This document shows positions 51,830-64,000 of a DNA stretch of 64,000 bases, piece by piece (the stretch's first letter is position 1; every line of letters starts with the position of its first letter). This DNA comes from Chiloscyllium plagiosum (lineage: Eukaryota), in the NCBI RefSeq assembly GCF_004010195.1, contig NC_057753.1:1002330-1066329 (forward strand), given 5' to 3'. The notes beneath the pieces were generated by a model that had not been told where the DNA came from, did not search any database, and saw only the letters and a list, made by a program, of their open reading frames with translations. A program made the position numbers and the translations under genes.

Positions 51830-53412
51830 GAATCACACAGAACCAGATATAGTCCCACACGTTAATTTGGAAGCATGAGACTTCGAAGCGCTGCTTCCTC
51901 ATCAGTTGGTTGTGGAGCAGGACGACAAAACACAGAACTTATAGCAAAGGGTGATTGCATCTTGTGGTTGAAATATGTTAAACAAACTTAGATTAAGTCG
52001 GTCATACTTTAGAATGGGGTTCATAGCTTTGGTTCGTTCATATGTAAATCCCAGAACTCCTTTTAAATCATAATCTCAAGGTAACTCTTAGTTTTCTGAC
52101 AAAAAGGTGCCATCTCAGCTCGGACTATGTATTAAATGTGTGAGGTTCGAATCTGTCTTTGTCCCAATATAGAGTCAGACTGGTTCTACTTCTAAAGTGG
52201 GATTTACAGCTTCTTACATGGATAAACTACAGGTTATACATTTTGAGCAAATACAAATACAAATTCACCTCATACATTTGTATGTGTGTACGTGCAGGAG
52301 AGTCAGGTTGAGTGTGTACATGTGGGGGTTTGAGTGCATGTGAGAGAGAGTGTACATGTATGTGTGAAAGCATGGTGATGCATGTGCTTGAGCGTGATGG
52401 GATATAAGCCAGTGAGAGGGTGCGTGTGTGGTTATGAGTGTTGGTGGTGCATTAGTGTGCGTATGAGAGAGAGAGATGTGTATGAGAGAGGGTCTGTAAT
52501 AGTATGTGCGCATATAGGAGTGTGTGTGTATGCGTTTGTACTTTTGTGACAGAGATTGTGCATTGTGCAATGTGGTCACCTGTAGTCTGATATGAATCCA
52601 AGGTCCCAGTCGTGGCCATCATCATGGGAATCGAACTTGGCTGCTCGGCCACTTTGCGTTGTTGCATGTTCTGAAGTCTACCTTGGAGGATGGTGACCCG
52701 AAGGTCCGAGGCTAAATGTCCTGTACCACAGAACTGTTCCGCAACTGGGAGGGAATACTCTTGCCTGTTGATTGTTGTGGGTGTCCATTCGTCCGTTTTT
52801 GTAGCGTCTGCTCTGTCTCGCCAATATATCATGTCTCCTTGCCTGCAGTGTATGAGATAGGCAGCTTTGGCCGAGTCACCGAAGTACCTGCCTTTTAAAT
52901 GATGGGAGTTGTCCCGATTTGTAATGGTGGTATCCGTCTGGACACTCTGACAGGTCTTGCAGAGGCTGCCATGACAGGGTTGTACAGTGTTGTTATCAAT
53001 GATGTCCTGAAGGTTGGGCAGTTTGTTGTGAACAATGATCGGCTTCAGATTTGTTGGTTGATTAAAGACGAGAAGTGAAGGCATTGGGGAAGGCCTTAAC
53101 AAGGTGCTTATCTTCTCGCCTTTAAACAACCATCAAACTTGAAAGAGTTCATTATTGGCAGCAAGCTGCCCAGCCTTCAGGCCAACATCGACAACAACAC
53201 TGTGCAACCCATTACGGTAAACGTCTGGAACATTCCACCTCCGATTTTCAGTGACCATCTTGCAAGGTGGACTTCGGGACAAGCAACAACGCAAAGTGAC
53301 CGAGAAGAGAGTGTGAGCCAAGTTCGGAACCCAAGAGGATGGTCTCAACCGGGATCTTGGGTTCATACTACACTACAGGTGACCCCACTGTACTATACAC
53401 GATATATATATA

Positions 53413-53448
<36 letters not shown>

Positions 53449-54050
53449 CGCTTACACACGCACATACACACACTCTCTCACATGCACTCATACACACACA
53501 CGCACTCACATGCAAAACTCCCTCTGTCTCCCTTGCTGGCACTCACATATAATCTTGAGGTGAATTTGCATTTGCAGAATTGTATTTTAGTTTGCTCAAA
53601 AATGAATAACCTGCTCTCAATCCATGTAAGATTCTATGATCCCACTTGAGAAATAGAACCAGTCTGCCTCAACATTCGGGCACAGACAGACTTTAACCTC
53701 ACACTTAATACATTGATTGAGCGGAGATGACACCTTTTGTTAGAAAATCAGAAGCTATCTTGAGAATGTGACTTAAAAGGATTTCTTGGATTTACATATT
53801 ACAAGCCAAAGCGAGCAAACCAATTCTAAACGATAAAATACATAATATAAGTCTGTTTAATATATTTCAGCCGCATAACACTGCAACGTTTTGCAATGCT
53901 TTCTGTGTCTTATGGTCCTTCTCCACAACCACCTGATGAAGAAGCAGCAGTTCGACAGCTCCAGCTTCCAAACGGACCTGTTGGACAATAACCTGGTGTG
54001 CGATTTTTAATGTTGTTCACCCCTGTCCAACACCAGTCCCACTAAATCTT
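51830..54050. mobile_element. Penelope-like element with inverted structure (minus arm ~51830-53130, plus arm ~53130-54050)
   Basis: Minus ORF 52452-53129 has PCHGSLCKTC…YLIHC (Cys/His linker and start of the GIY-YIG endonuclease). Both arms carry the CA/TG-rich UTR and CTGATGA hammerhead-like cores (51899-51905 minus, 53933-53939 plus). Confidence 0.88.
53414..53500 (+). repeat. (CA)n microsatellite and CA-rich tract within the Penelope UTR
   Basis: Direct observation. Confidence 0.9.
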
Positions 54051-54489
54051 GAAACAATTTTAACGTGTCAATTGAAAATAAAAAATGGATGATTTGTCTC
54101 TTAACAGAAAGTGTCCTCTAGGCACTGAATGCAAAGAAAAAAGAAAATAGACTCCTCAAGTTCATACAATTCTGGACGTGGTTTTTGAACGTGTGCATTT
54201 TACTTAAACGTGCGATATATATATTACCTAATATGGAAACAAACTAAGATCATACGGACATCCCGGAGAGAATTGAAAAACGTAAATGCAAAATCTGGCA
54301 AAATAAATGTCTGCCAGGCGATTTGATCCTTATTTGTAACAGTTGAATGTTGGCGTTTCAAATAAGTCACTCAAAATACCTGCTCCCAAGATCGTGTCTC
54401 ATGAATTATCAATTTTATCGTCGCAGTCAAAAGAAGAAACACTGAAAAGCTTGCATTTTCCCTCTCTCAAAACTATCTCGACATCAGTC

Positions 54490-55175
54490 TGATTCCTGGG
54501 ATGCCTGGGCTGACGTAATTCACTGGAGTTTAGAGGAATGAAGGATGGTCTCATTGAAACCTATGCCTTTATGACAGGTGCGGATAGGGCACATGCAGGA
54601 AGGATGTTCTTAATAACCAGGGAATACCAAACCAGGAGGCAGAGACTTGTGATAAGGTTAGCACGTTGAGGACTGGCATAAGAAGAATTACTTTCTGCAG
54701 ATTATGGCGACCTTTGTGAAAGACTCTGTCACTGACAACGCTTGAGGCCTAGCATTGAATGTTTTCAGGAAGGAGTTTGATATTGTTCTGAGGATTAAAC
54801 GGGTCGGGGGCTACCAGAGAAAGCAGGATTAAGCAATTTATTTTTCTTTTATTTCTACAGTGTGCAAACAGGCCATTCAGACCAGCAACCCTGCACAGAC
54901 GCTCCGAACTGCACCCCGCCCAGACCCACCACCGCAACACTTTCTCTGTAAGCCCACCTTTCCCATGATTAATGCACCACGCCTGCACATCCCTGAACAC
55001 CATGAGTAATTTATTCTAATCAATCCAGTTAAACTGTACCATTTTCAACTGTGGAAGGAAACCAGAGAACACGGTGGAAACCCACGCAGACATGGGAAGA
55101 ATATACAAACTCAACACAGGCACATGCCAAGTGTGGAATTGAAACCGGATCCATGGTGCTGTGAGGTAGCAAGTG
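54490..55175. mobile_element. CR1 3' fragment (+, ~54490-54830) followed by HE1-like SINE (-, ~54850-55175)
   Basis: ctgattcctgggatg…ctcattgaaacctat; gaaacccacgcagacatgggaagaat is the reverse complement of the V-SINE core. Confidence 0.75.
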
Positions 55176-55259
55176 GATGACGAAGAATTATCACATTGAG
55201 TAGTGGAGCAGGTTTAGAAGTCCCAATGACCAACCACTCTACTCCTGTTTTTCTTTTCA

Positions 55260-57030
55260 TTTTTAAAAAATTCATTTGATAAATATAGATATTGCTGGCC
55301 GGCCTGCATTTATTTTCCATCCTTATTGACCTTCAGAAGTCGTTGGTGAGTTGCCGTCTTGAACCACTGCAGTTCACCTACTGTAGGTTCACATATAATG
55401 CCATTAGGGATGGAATTCCAGGATTTTGAACTAAGAATAGTGAAGTAACAGATATATATTTCCAAGGCAGGATGGAGAATGGCTTGGAGGGGAATTTGAA
55501 GATTGTTGTGTTCCCATATCCTTGCCCTTCGAGATCAAAGTAGTGTTGTGTTTGGAGGGTGCTGTCTGAAGATCTTTGGCGAATTTCCATAGTGAATCGT
55601 GGAGATAGTGTACTCTGCTGCTACTGAGCGTCGGCAGTGAAGCGAATGAATACTTCCAATTGTGGTGGTGGGTTTGGGGGATGCTGTTTGAAGATCTTTG
55701 GCAAATTTCCACAGTGCATCTTGGAGATCGTATGCACTGCTGCTCCTGAGCGTCGGGAGTGAAGCGAGTGACTCCTTCCGATTGTGGTGCCAATCAAACA
55801 GGCTGCTTTGTTCTGGATGATGTGTAGTTTCTTGAGTGTCGTTGAGGCTGCACTCGCCAGGCAAGTGTAGAGTCTTCAATCACACTCCTGGCCTGTGTCT
55901 TGTAGATTCAACATAGGCTTTGATGAATCAGAGTTGCGCGTCTTGCCGCAGTATTTTTAGCCTTTGAACTGCTCTTGTAGCAACTATGTCTATGTGGTGA
56001 ATCCAGTTGAGTTTCTGGTCAATAATAACCCATGATATTAATAATGGGAGATACACTGATGGTAACAACATTGAATGTCAAGAGATGATCGGATTGTCTC
56101 TTATTGGTGATGGTCCTACCATTACATTTGTGTAATTCACATGTTACTTCGCAATTGCTAGCCCAGCCAATATATTTTCCAGACCTTGTTATATTGGAAG
56201 ATGGAATTCTTCAGTACCTAACGAGTTACGAATGGTTCTAAACATGTTACAATCCTCACGTAAATCCGCACTTTTAACCGTGTGATGGAGGGAACGTCAT
56301 TAATGAAGCAGCTAAAGATGGTTTAACTGAGGATAGTACCCTGAGGAAATCCTGCAGAATTGTCTTCGAGCTGAGATGACTGATCTTCCACAGCCTCGAG
56401 CATTCTCCTATGTGTTAAGTTGGACTTCAAACAGTAAAGAGTTTGCTCCTAATGATTCCAGTTTTGCCAGGGCTCATTGAAGGCAAAATCGGTCGAATGC
56501 AGCCTTGATTTCAAAGGCTGCTCCTTTCACCTCACTGCTGGAATTCAGATATTTTATCCATGTTTGAATCAAACCTGGAATGTGGTCAGGAGCTGGGTGG
56601 CACTGGCTGATCTCAAAGTGAGTATGATTGAAAAGCTTTTATTTCTGAGCAGGTGGGGCTTGATTGCACTGTTTGTGGCACCTTCCATCACTTTACCGAT
56701 GATCGAGAGTAGGCTGATGGGAGTGAGATTGGCTGCGTTGGATTTGTCCAGCTGATTGTGTACAGGAAGTGCCTAGGCAATTTTCGGCATTGTTGCAACT
56801 GTACTGGAGTAGTTAGGCTACGGTAGTTGCAAGTTCTGGAGCGAAAATCTTCACCACTACTGTTGGAATGTTTTCAGGGCCTGTTGTCATTTCAGTATCC
56901 AGTGTTTGGAACTGTTTCTTGCTATCACGTGACGTGAAGGAATTTGCTGAAGACTGGTTATGTAATACTGGGGAACATGGAGTTGGCCAAGATGAGTCAT
57001 ACACACACCTCTCCTAGCTGAAGATATTGT
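55260..57030 (-). mobile_element. Antisense LINE RT/3' region (CR1/L2 group) with an internal ~110-bp duplication
   Basis: GPENIPTVVVKIFAPELA and IHSLHCRRSVAA…NSPKIFRQH; duplicated block ~55548-55650 and ~55670-55775. Confidence 0.8.
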
Positions 57031-59206
57031 GAAAGCTTTTACATTAAATGTTGTTCTGAAGTGCGAAACGGTTCTATCAAAATAGCTTTTTGCTAATCAA
57101 AGGAAATGGGCACTTTAATTTGTTAAAAATGTGAGCAACAGAATGAAAAGGGAATGACATTGAAAGCCGACGATCATTACCAGGAAAATATTTTGAATCA
57201 CTTGAGTTAATGCGTCTCAATGAAACATCCCTTACCATATCCGTTCAATTTAAAGAACATTTAAATGAAGAAAGTAAAAAGTGGGTTGACTTTGATGTCG
57301 TCAAATAATCCCTATAGGCATTCTGCCTTGAAGTAATTCTCTTCTGTTGAATGTACAGGGAATTCTAATCAGCTATTTCTCGGAGACTTTCAGTTGAACT
57401 GTGAAATAACGACACTCAAAGGGTAAAAAAGCGCTGTATGACATTTCTCTGTTCATTAATGCACGAGATTTTGTCTCAATTAGCCAAATGATTGAAACTA
57501 GAATCCGTTTTCTAATTTCAACAGAACGAGAGGCAATCTTCTGTCTAGTCGAAGCAGAATTGTGCTTAAAAGATCGGATTATAGCATAGGTTATGAATTT
57601 ACGTACTTCTCAAGATTGCGTGATTCTGTGGGGTTCGGCTGTATTTATATGTGGCAATAATGAATTAGATTTTCATTGTGCAATGGTCACTGAGGAAGCA
57701 GCGTCATTGGGCTGGCATTAATGTATGGCAATACAAGGAGAAGTGGACATCGAGATAAATAAAAATGTTTTGATACAGGGTTTCGAGAGAAGATAGACAA
57801 TTTGAGTTAATTCAGCCAGGATACTGGACCATGGGCTGACGACTGAACAATGCAGTTCACAGTCATTTTTCCAGGCAAAGAAGAGTAAGGGAATTGTAAG
57901 ACTACTTGAGACGTTGGCAACATATGACGGGGGATTAGGCAGTGTGGTTAATTTCAGAAGGATTTGGGTAGAGAGGGAGTTAAGCTCTGGTTTATTGCTC
58001 AGGGCTGAAGAAGAGCAGGGAATATGCCATAGGCTTAATTATCATGATTTGCTTCATCGAGGACAAACCTCTATTCAGAAGGTCAGAACTAGCAATGTTT
58101 GCTTATTATTGTAATAAGTTCAGCACTACCTGTGATTCATCATTTCCTGAAATGTCTACAGAGAAATACAGAAAGTCCTTAACAGCATCCAGTTTTGCGA
58201 TCAAGTGTCAAAAAACACAGGAATAAAGCAAAGGCTCATCTCACCATTGTCTCTTTATGTTCATTGTTATTAACCATCCTCAAAACTGCGTTATCAATAT
58301 CTTAGTGTCAAGCAAATAACTGAAATTGACTGCAAGAATCGTATAAACACTATTGCTGCCAGAACACACCTGGAATTTAGCATTGCATAATTGAAGTCCT
58401 GCTTCTAGAATAGTTTGCCTACAAGTACAAACCAGAAGCCCTATTTTTGTGATGAAAGTTTTTTCATTGGCTCGGATGAGTGCAGCTTCACCAGCCTGAT
58501 AGAAGCTGAACCAGCCAAAAACAATGTCCATTTTATTGACACTGCATCAACCATCTTCAACAAGCAAGACAGTCAGCTCCAACGGCATGTGACATGAACA
58601 AAGTTCGCCACTGAAAACTTTTTAAGACATTACATTTCGCGCTGAGATAGTGAAACACCGACAATGGCAAGGAAAGCAGATGCATAGTAACATTGTCACG
58701 CGCAAATTCTCCTCTAAACCGCTAAAAACCCTAACATAGCACTCGATCATTAGTCCTTTCATAGTTGCCTTTTGCAAATCCTGGTGTCACTTCAAACAAT
58801 TTCTGAATATATCTTCTCAGGACCCAGTGCAATTCAACACAGCAGCAATCAGCAACCTCCTCCTGGTAAACAAGGAACCAGCAACATATATTGCCCTGGC
58901 CGATGATGCCTGTACTCGACAAGGACTAAAAAGTACGATAATAATAAAAGTAATGCAGGGTTATGGAAGAAATCAAAAGCTTGTGATCATTCATGTATTA
59001 TTAAAGAATGAACAGAAGCACAGGGGTACATTTGGAAACGCGAGCGGAGCATGGTTACAGAGTGTAATTCTGGAAATAGTGTGAATTGCACTCTGACGAA
59101 GGAGAATGGCAGTGAATTAGATTTGGAGTTAGTGCAAGTCTGTGCAGAGAGAGCAGCGAAGTGCGTTTAATTACAAACCAGAGCATAGAACAATACAGCA
59201 TAGAAC

Positions 59207-59547
59207 ACGGCACAGTGGCACAGTGGGCGGCACGGTGGCACAGTGGTTAGCATTGCTGCCTCACAGCGCCCGGGTTCAATTCCCACCTCAGGCGACTGAC
59301 TGTGTGGAGTTTGCACGTTCTCCCCGTGTCTGCGTGGGTTTCCTCCGGGTGCTCCGGTTTCAGGGTGCAGGGTTAGGTGAATTGGCCATACTAAATTGCC
59401 CGTAGTGTTAGGTAAGGGGTAAAGGTAGGGGTATGGGTGGGTTTCGCTTCAGTGTTAAAGGTAGGGGTATGGGTGGGTTTCGCTTCGGCGGGTCGGTGTG
59501 GACTTGTTGGGCCGAAGGGCCTGTTTCCACACTGTAATCTAATCTAA
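59207..59547 (+). mobile_element. HE1/V-SINE-like tRNA-derived SINE inserted into a CR1 tail
   Basis: A-box-like tggcacagtgg, B-box ggttcaattcc, V-domain core tgtgtggagtttgcacgttctccccgtgtctgcgtgggtttcctccggg, CR1-like 3' end and (taatc)n tail. Confidence 0.92.
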
Positions 59548-60055
59548 ACAGGCCCTTCGGCCATCGATATTGCACCTACCTGTCAACTAATCTATGCCCG
59601 TAACTGTACACTACCCCATTATGTGCTTATCCAAGGATTGTCTAAATCTCCCCAATGTGATTGATTTAACTACATTGGCAGGCAGGTTATTCAACGCACT
59701 TGCCACTCTCTGAGACCTGAGGTCTGTCTTAAATCTATCACCATTCAATTTGTGGCTATGCCCTCTGTAGAAGCTGACATCATATCCGAGGAAAAAGACT
59801 TTAATTGTCTACGCTATCTAATCCTCTGCTCATCTTGTATGTGACTATCAAATCCCCTCTTAGCCTTCGTCTTTCCAATAAGAACAGACCCAAGTCTCTC
59901 ACACTTTTCCCATAAGACATTCCCTCCAGACCAGACAACATCCGGGCAAATCTCCTCTGCACCTTTTCCAATGCTTCCACATCCTTCCTGAAACGATGTG
60001 AACACAACTGGTCACAATATTCCAAGTATGGCCACGCTAGCGCTTTATATAGTTG
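59548..60055 (-). mobile_element. CR1 3' fragment (its tail continues at ~59180-59206)
   Basis: Minus ORF 59801-60076: LYKALAWPYLEYCDQL…RRRLRGDLI. Confidence 0.9.
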
Positions 60056-61849
60056 CAAATTTGCAACTAGTTGCATAAATTTGAAGAGTTCATGGGTGGG
60101 TAGAGTTTAAATAAAATGAATACAGATTTTTTGCTGCAAGGGGTCGTATTATTAACAAGTTTGGGTACCCTTTTGTTTGGTACATGGTGACACTAATGCA
60201 CCTTATCACAATCACTTTCCTGTGTGACCATGGAAAGTTTTCACCATAGAAATAAGGGACAGGCAGCTCTCCTACAAAGGCTCGATGGCTTGCTGAAAGC
60301 TATCAGTGACAAAAGGGAAGTCATTCATCATTGCCTTCAATCTCCTGACATTTAACGGTAAAAATGAACTCTGAATAGTGGGGTCATCTTAAACTTAACT
60401 ACAGATTGCTCGAACGTTTGTTTCGAACATTCATTCCTATCGAGATTACCACCTGCTTTATGTTTACGTGGTATCCTGCATTTTGCCTTTTCCTTTCCTA
60501 AGTCATTCTGTCAGGTTTACCTAGCCTTGGTTGAGATACAAACGGGGAAAATGCATGCACATTAGCAGTGTCTAAAACCACCTTCATAAATCATGTTTTA
60601 TAGACAATACAACTTGTCAATCAACCCACTTGTCATGTTTTGGCACAACATTGGGGAGGGTGAGACCTGACCCTACAATGTCAGTATCATGCTTCTGACG
60701 GTAAATTCAGCGATGGCACAAAGACTGAGCGATCTGTCGTTGGATTCTACTCATAGTATTCGAATAATTTTCCAGCCAATGCCTCGAAATGATTTTTCTC
60801 TTTTCTTTCTTTTCAATAATAGTGGTCCTTTCTCTTTAAGACGTGACTATTTACTCTACAATCTTCGAATTAGTACAATATTAGTAAAAACGAGGATATT
60901 TTTATGTGTCTATCATTAGCAAAAACAATTAGAACACACCAGATCAAATGAAGACACCTGCGTGGAGCTAGAACTGCAAAGCAATGTTGAATTATTCATC
61001 AGGTGACTCTTTCATTGACTACCCTACATCCCAGAGGAAGGTCATTATGTTTTTTAAATTAATTTTCATTCATTTCCAAACTCAGTTTCAAATGAATTTG
61101 AGCATTGCACAATACCACACAGAAACATTCAGGTTAACATAATGTGGCACGAAACAAAGCATTTGAAGAGGAGGTCGATTTACATCTGAAGCCTACACTG
61201 CCATTGAAATTAATTCTGGTCATTCTACACATTGTCCAATGTAACCAGCAGAAAGAATAAGTTTTGACTTGACCTCACTGAAATCGACACAATTTCTCTT
61301 CAAGTCTCCCTCTGTGGACAGATGAGAGACAATTAAAAATGGATAACGCCGGTTTAGCAAAATATGTTTACTGATTTCATTGTTCTGTTTGTTAGTTTTA
61401 ATGTTATGCTTATGTTTGCATGTGAAAAACAAAGAACAATAGAAATATACGCAAATATACCTGTGGCATTATAAGCGCTCCAGCATACCACTTGTTATGG
61501 GTTTATATTCATTAGAACACAGCACATTTTATGCAAGTTGTGATCGCAACAGATTTAACTACAAAGACGTACTGCAGTCTGAGGAACCTGTATTTCACAA
61601 TCTCTTGCGCTGCTCCAAACAGGATTTGAACAATACATGCGATATCTGAAAGGTCGTTGTGTCTGAATATCCGAAACAAACAGTAAAAACCATTAGTATT
61701 CTGATCCTAATTGTACGAAATTTTACAGGCTTCTCTACTCAACATTCAGTTTCACAACTTCTGGCGATGAACAATGTCATTAATTTAAAAACTTATTTTT
61801 CCTCAGAGTTTCATTTTTTATTTTTCTTCAGTGTGATTGGCGTCATTTG

Positions 61850-62430
61850 GAACTGATATCTAAACCTCCATCTTCATCTACTGGACCAATGTTATGCCTC
61901 GTTTGTATAAAAATCCCCACACTTTTAATTTTTGTCTCCTAGCACAATATGATATTCAGCCACCCTGGCCTTGAAACTTTTGGTGGAGCTTCTGTTTTAT
62001 TCATCTCGCTTTCCAGTTTGGCACTTTACAATCTCGGAGGCTCAATACTGAATTCATGCCTGAGAATGCATGATACATGTTATCCTTTTTCCTTACATTC
62101 TCCCCCTGCCCTACCACTTAGACTCTGACTTGTTTGTATTTTCTTTACTTTCCTATCAGTTGAGAGGACTAGTTTTTGTCCCTTCACACGTCAATGAACG
62201 CCCATTCTTCGTCTCTATTTGTCTTTCACCATAATTAACAAATTGTTTTTGCATCGGGGCTCCACATTATCTGTTCTGTTCGCATCTTCTCCACCACTGC
62301 CAGAAGCATTAAAGAAAAACACCTTTCAATACTTTTGAGATCTCAACAATAGTAAAATTGGACTCGAAGCATAAACTTTGTTTCTTTCTCCACAGATGCT
62401 GCCAGGCATACTGAGTTTAATCCAACAAAG
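61850..62430 (+). mobile_element. Old Penelope-like 3' fragment
   Basis: ttggcactttacaatctcggaggctcaatactgaattc (GTLQ..GLN.EF-like) and terminal ttctccacagatgctgccag. Confidence 0.55.
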
Positions 62431-63348
62431 TGCTGCATTTATTTCATAACGCTTCATTATCAGTCTGCTCATCCTTCTAATATGCTTAACGACCGATGGT
62501 AAGTGTGGGAGTACTTCCTTGTCCGGAACCGACACTGGATCAATCCATGTACAACACTGGATCAATCGTTAACTTTACCAAGAAGTTCCACATCTGCCTA
62601 ATAGATAGAAAACAGTCATAGCAATTCCTTAAAAGAATTGCAGGCAGTTGTATGAAAGAAGAAAAATTGAGTAGCGAACAAATATTAATCTCTGCTTGCA
62701 GTTCAATTTTAGACTGCAGCAAAGAATGAAAATATTAGCTTTATTTCAAAATTATACGAGGCCACGTACTGTGCTGCTCTAGCAATATAGAATTGTTGGA
62801 AATACAATTTTATGGTAGGTAGATATGCAACAACACAGGCAAAGCTCATGGTTATTCATGACAAATTGCTAGGCTTACCGCGAAACATTTATTGAATCGC
62901 TAAGTATTAGCTTGTACAAGGTTGTTCGAGAATGGTGAATCTTCTTTGCTATTTATTTGCAGCTATATATATCGATAGTATTAGGAAACATTCCAGTAGA
63001 CATTGAGGTATTGTAATATTGAATTGACTTGCACAAAGTGCATTCAAATGCTCAAAGAAAGTCAGTTGATTAATAGGTCATCTTGTATTCCAATTTATAT
63101 TTCTTAATAATATGGATGATAGATCTTTATATCGAGCACTTATCAACAAAAGTACAAAACCAAATAGTACTGAGAAGACACAAATACGATTTTGAGTAAA
63201 GTTTGCATCTGTTTGCAGATTATTCTGTCGACATGGAAAATGATACAAATCCTCAGCAAAGTATGAAAATCTCGGTGTGCGTGCCTATATAAATATTACT
63301 GTCGATGTCAAGTGAATATGCAAATATTTATGCAAGCATTGAACTCAA

Positions 63349-63848
63349 NNNNNNNNNNNNNNNNNNNNNNNNNNNNNNNNNNNNNNNNNNNNNNNNNNNN
63401 NNNNNNNNNNNNNNNNNNNNNNNNNNNNNNNNNNNNNNNNNNNNNNNNNNNNNNNNNNNNNNNNNNNNNNNNNNNNNNNNNNNNNNNNNNNNNNNNNNNN
63501 NNNNNNNNNNNNNNNNNNNNNNNNNNNNNNNNNNNNNNNNNNNNNNNNNNNNNNNNNNNNNNNNNNNNNNNNNNNNNNNNNNNNNNNNNNNNNNNNNNNN
63601 NNNNNNNNNNNNNNNNNNNNNNNNNNNNNNNNNNNNNNNNNNNNNNNNNNNNNNNNNNNNNNNNNNNNNNNNNNNNNNNNNNNNNNNNNNNNNNNNNNNN
63701 NNNNNNNNNNNNNNNNNNNNNNNNNNNNNNNNNNNNNNNNNNNNNNNNNNNNNNNNNNNNNNNNNNNNNNNNNNNNNNNNNNNNNNNNNNNNNNNNNNNN
63801 NNNNNNNNNNNNNNNNNNNNNNNNNNNNNNNNNNNNNNNNNNNNNNNN
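63349..63848. other. Assembly gap (500 N)
   Basis: Direct observation; the three ORFs spanning it are artefacts. Confidence 1.
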
Positions 63849-64000
63849 TTGATGATGCTTGCTTACTGATGGAAAATGAATGGGCAGCAGAATGGTTTCA
63901 CGTGCAATCAAACTTTAATGAAGGACGAGGGAAGTGAAGGTAGATAAACAGCTATCTAAATATTTTGATCGGTGGACAGATAGATATAAAGGTAAATCGA

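Noticed and set aside
58640-58790. aaacaccgacaa…ggaaagcag resembles the start of an IgNAR V exon (QTPTT..KEAG)
   Set aside because: Similarity does not extend to the Cys, WY or YxC motifs; no in-phase acceptor and no 3' RSS.
62396-62498. Leader-like FIISLLILLICLTTD followed by G|gtaagt
   Set aside because: An in-frame TAA lies immediately upstream, the only ATG is in a Penelope remnant, and no V exon follows.
63305-63937. Three long ORFs of 185-210 aa
   Set aside because: Artefacts of translating through the N gap.
1-64000. Prokaryotic-type systems (CRISPR arrays, operons, defence islands) and intact tRNA/rRNA genes
   Set aside because: The sequence is intron- and retroelement-rich vertebrate DNA; tRNA-like segments are SINE heads or decayed repeats.

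Overview
Repeat-rich vertebrate genomic DNA, almost certainly a shark: it contains CR1-type LINEs, HE1/V-SINE-like SINEs, Penelope-like elements, one old Gypsy LTR element and a 500-N scaffold gap at 63349-63848. The ORF track shows mostly repeats and misses the main content, which is part of an immunoglobulin heavy-chain locus of the IgNAR type on the + strand. (1) The 3' end of an apparently intact gene: TM1 exon 5580-5737 (…TFIILFILSTLYSTFVTVLK) and TM2 exon from 10417 (VN*). (2) About 15 kb downstream, a decayed and apparently headless second copy: C4 pseudo-exon ~25752-26013, C5 plus secretory-tail pseudo-exon 26954-27333, and TM1 pseudo-exon ~31796-31938. (3) A third TM-like exon at 39985-40070 that is open and splice-competent but lacks the conserved Tyr of the BCR transmembrane motif. 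Other points of interest: a candidate 3' enhancer after TM2, a facing pair of RSS-like signals at 45485-45579, many Penelope-derived minimal hammerhead-ribozyme motifs (one at the apex of a perfect 82-bp hairpin with a 15-bp TSD), and a Gypsy element with Gmr1-like domain order. Protein identifications rest on manual translation and remembered shark IgNAR sequences; no database search was run. Repeat boundaries are approximate.
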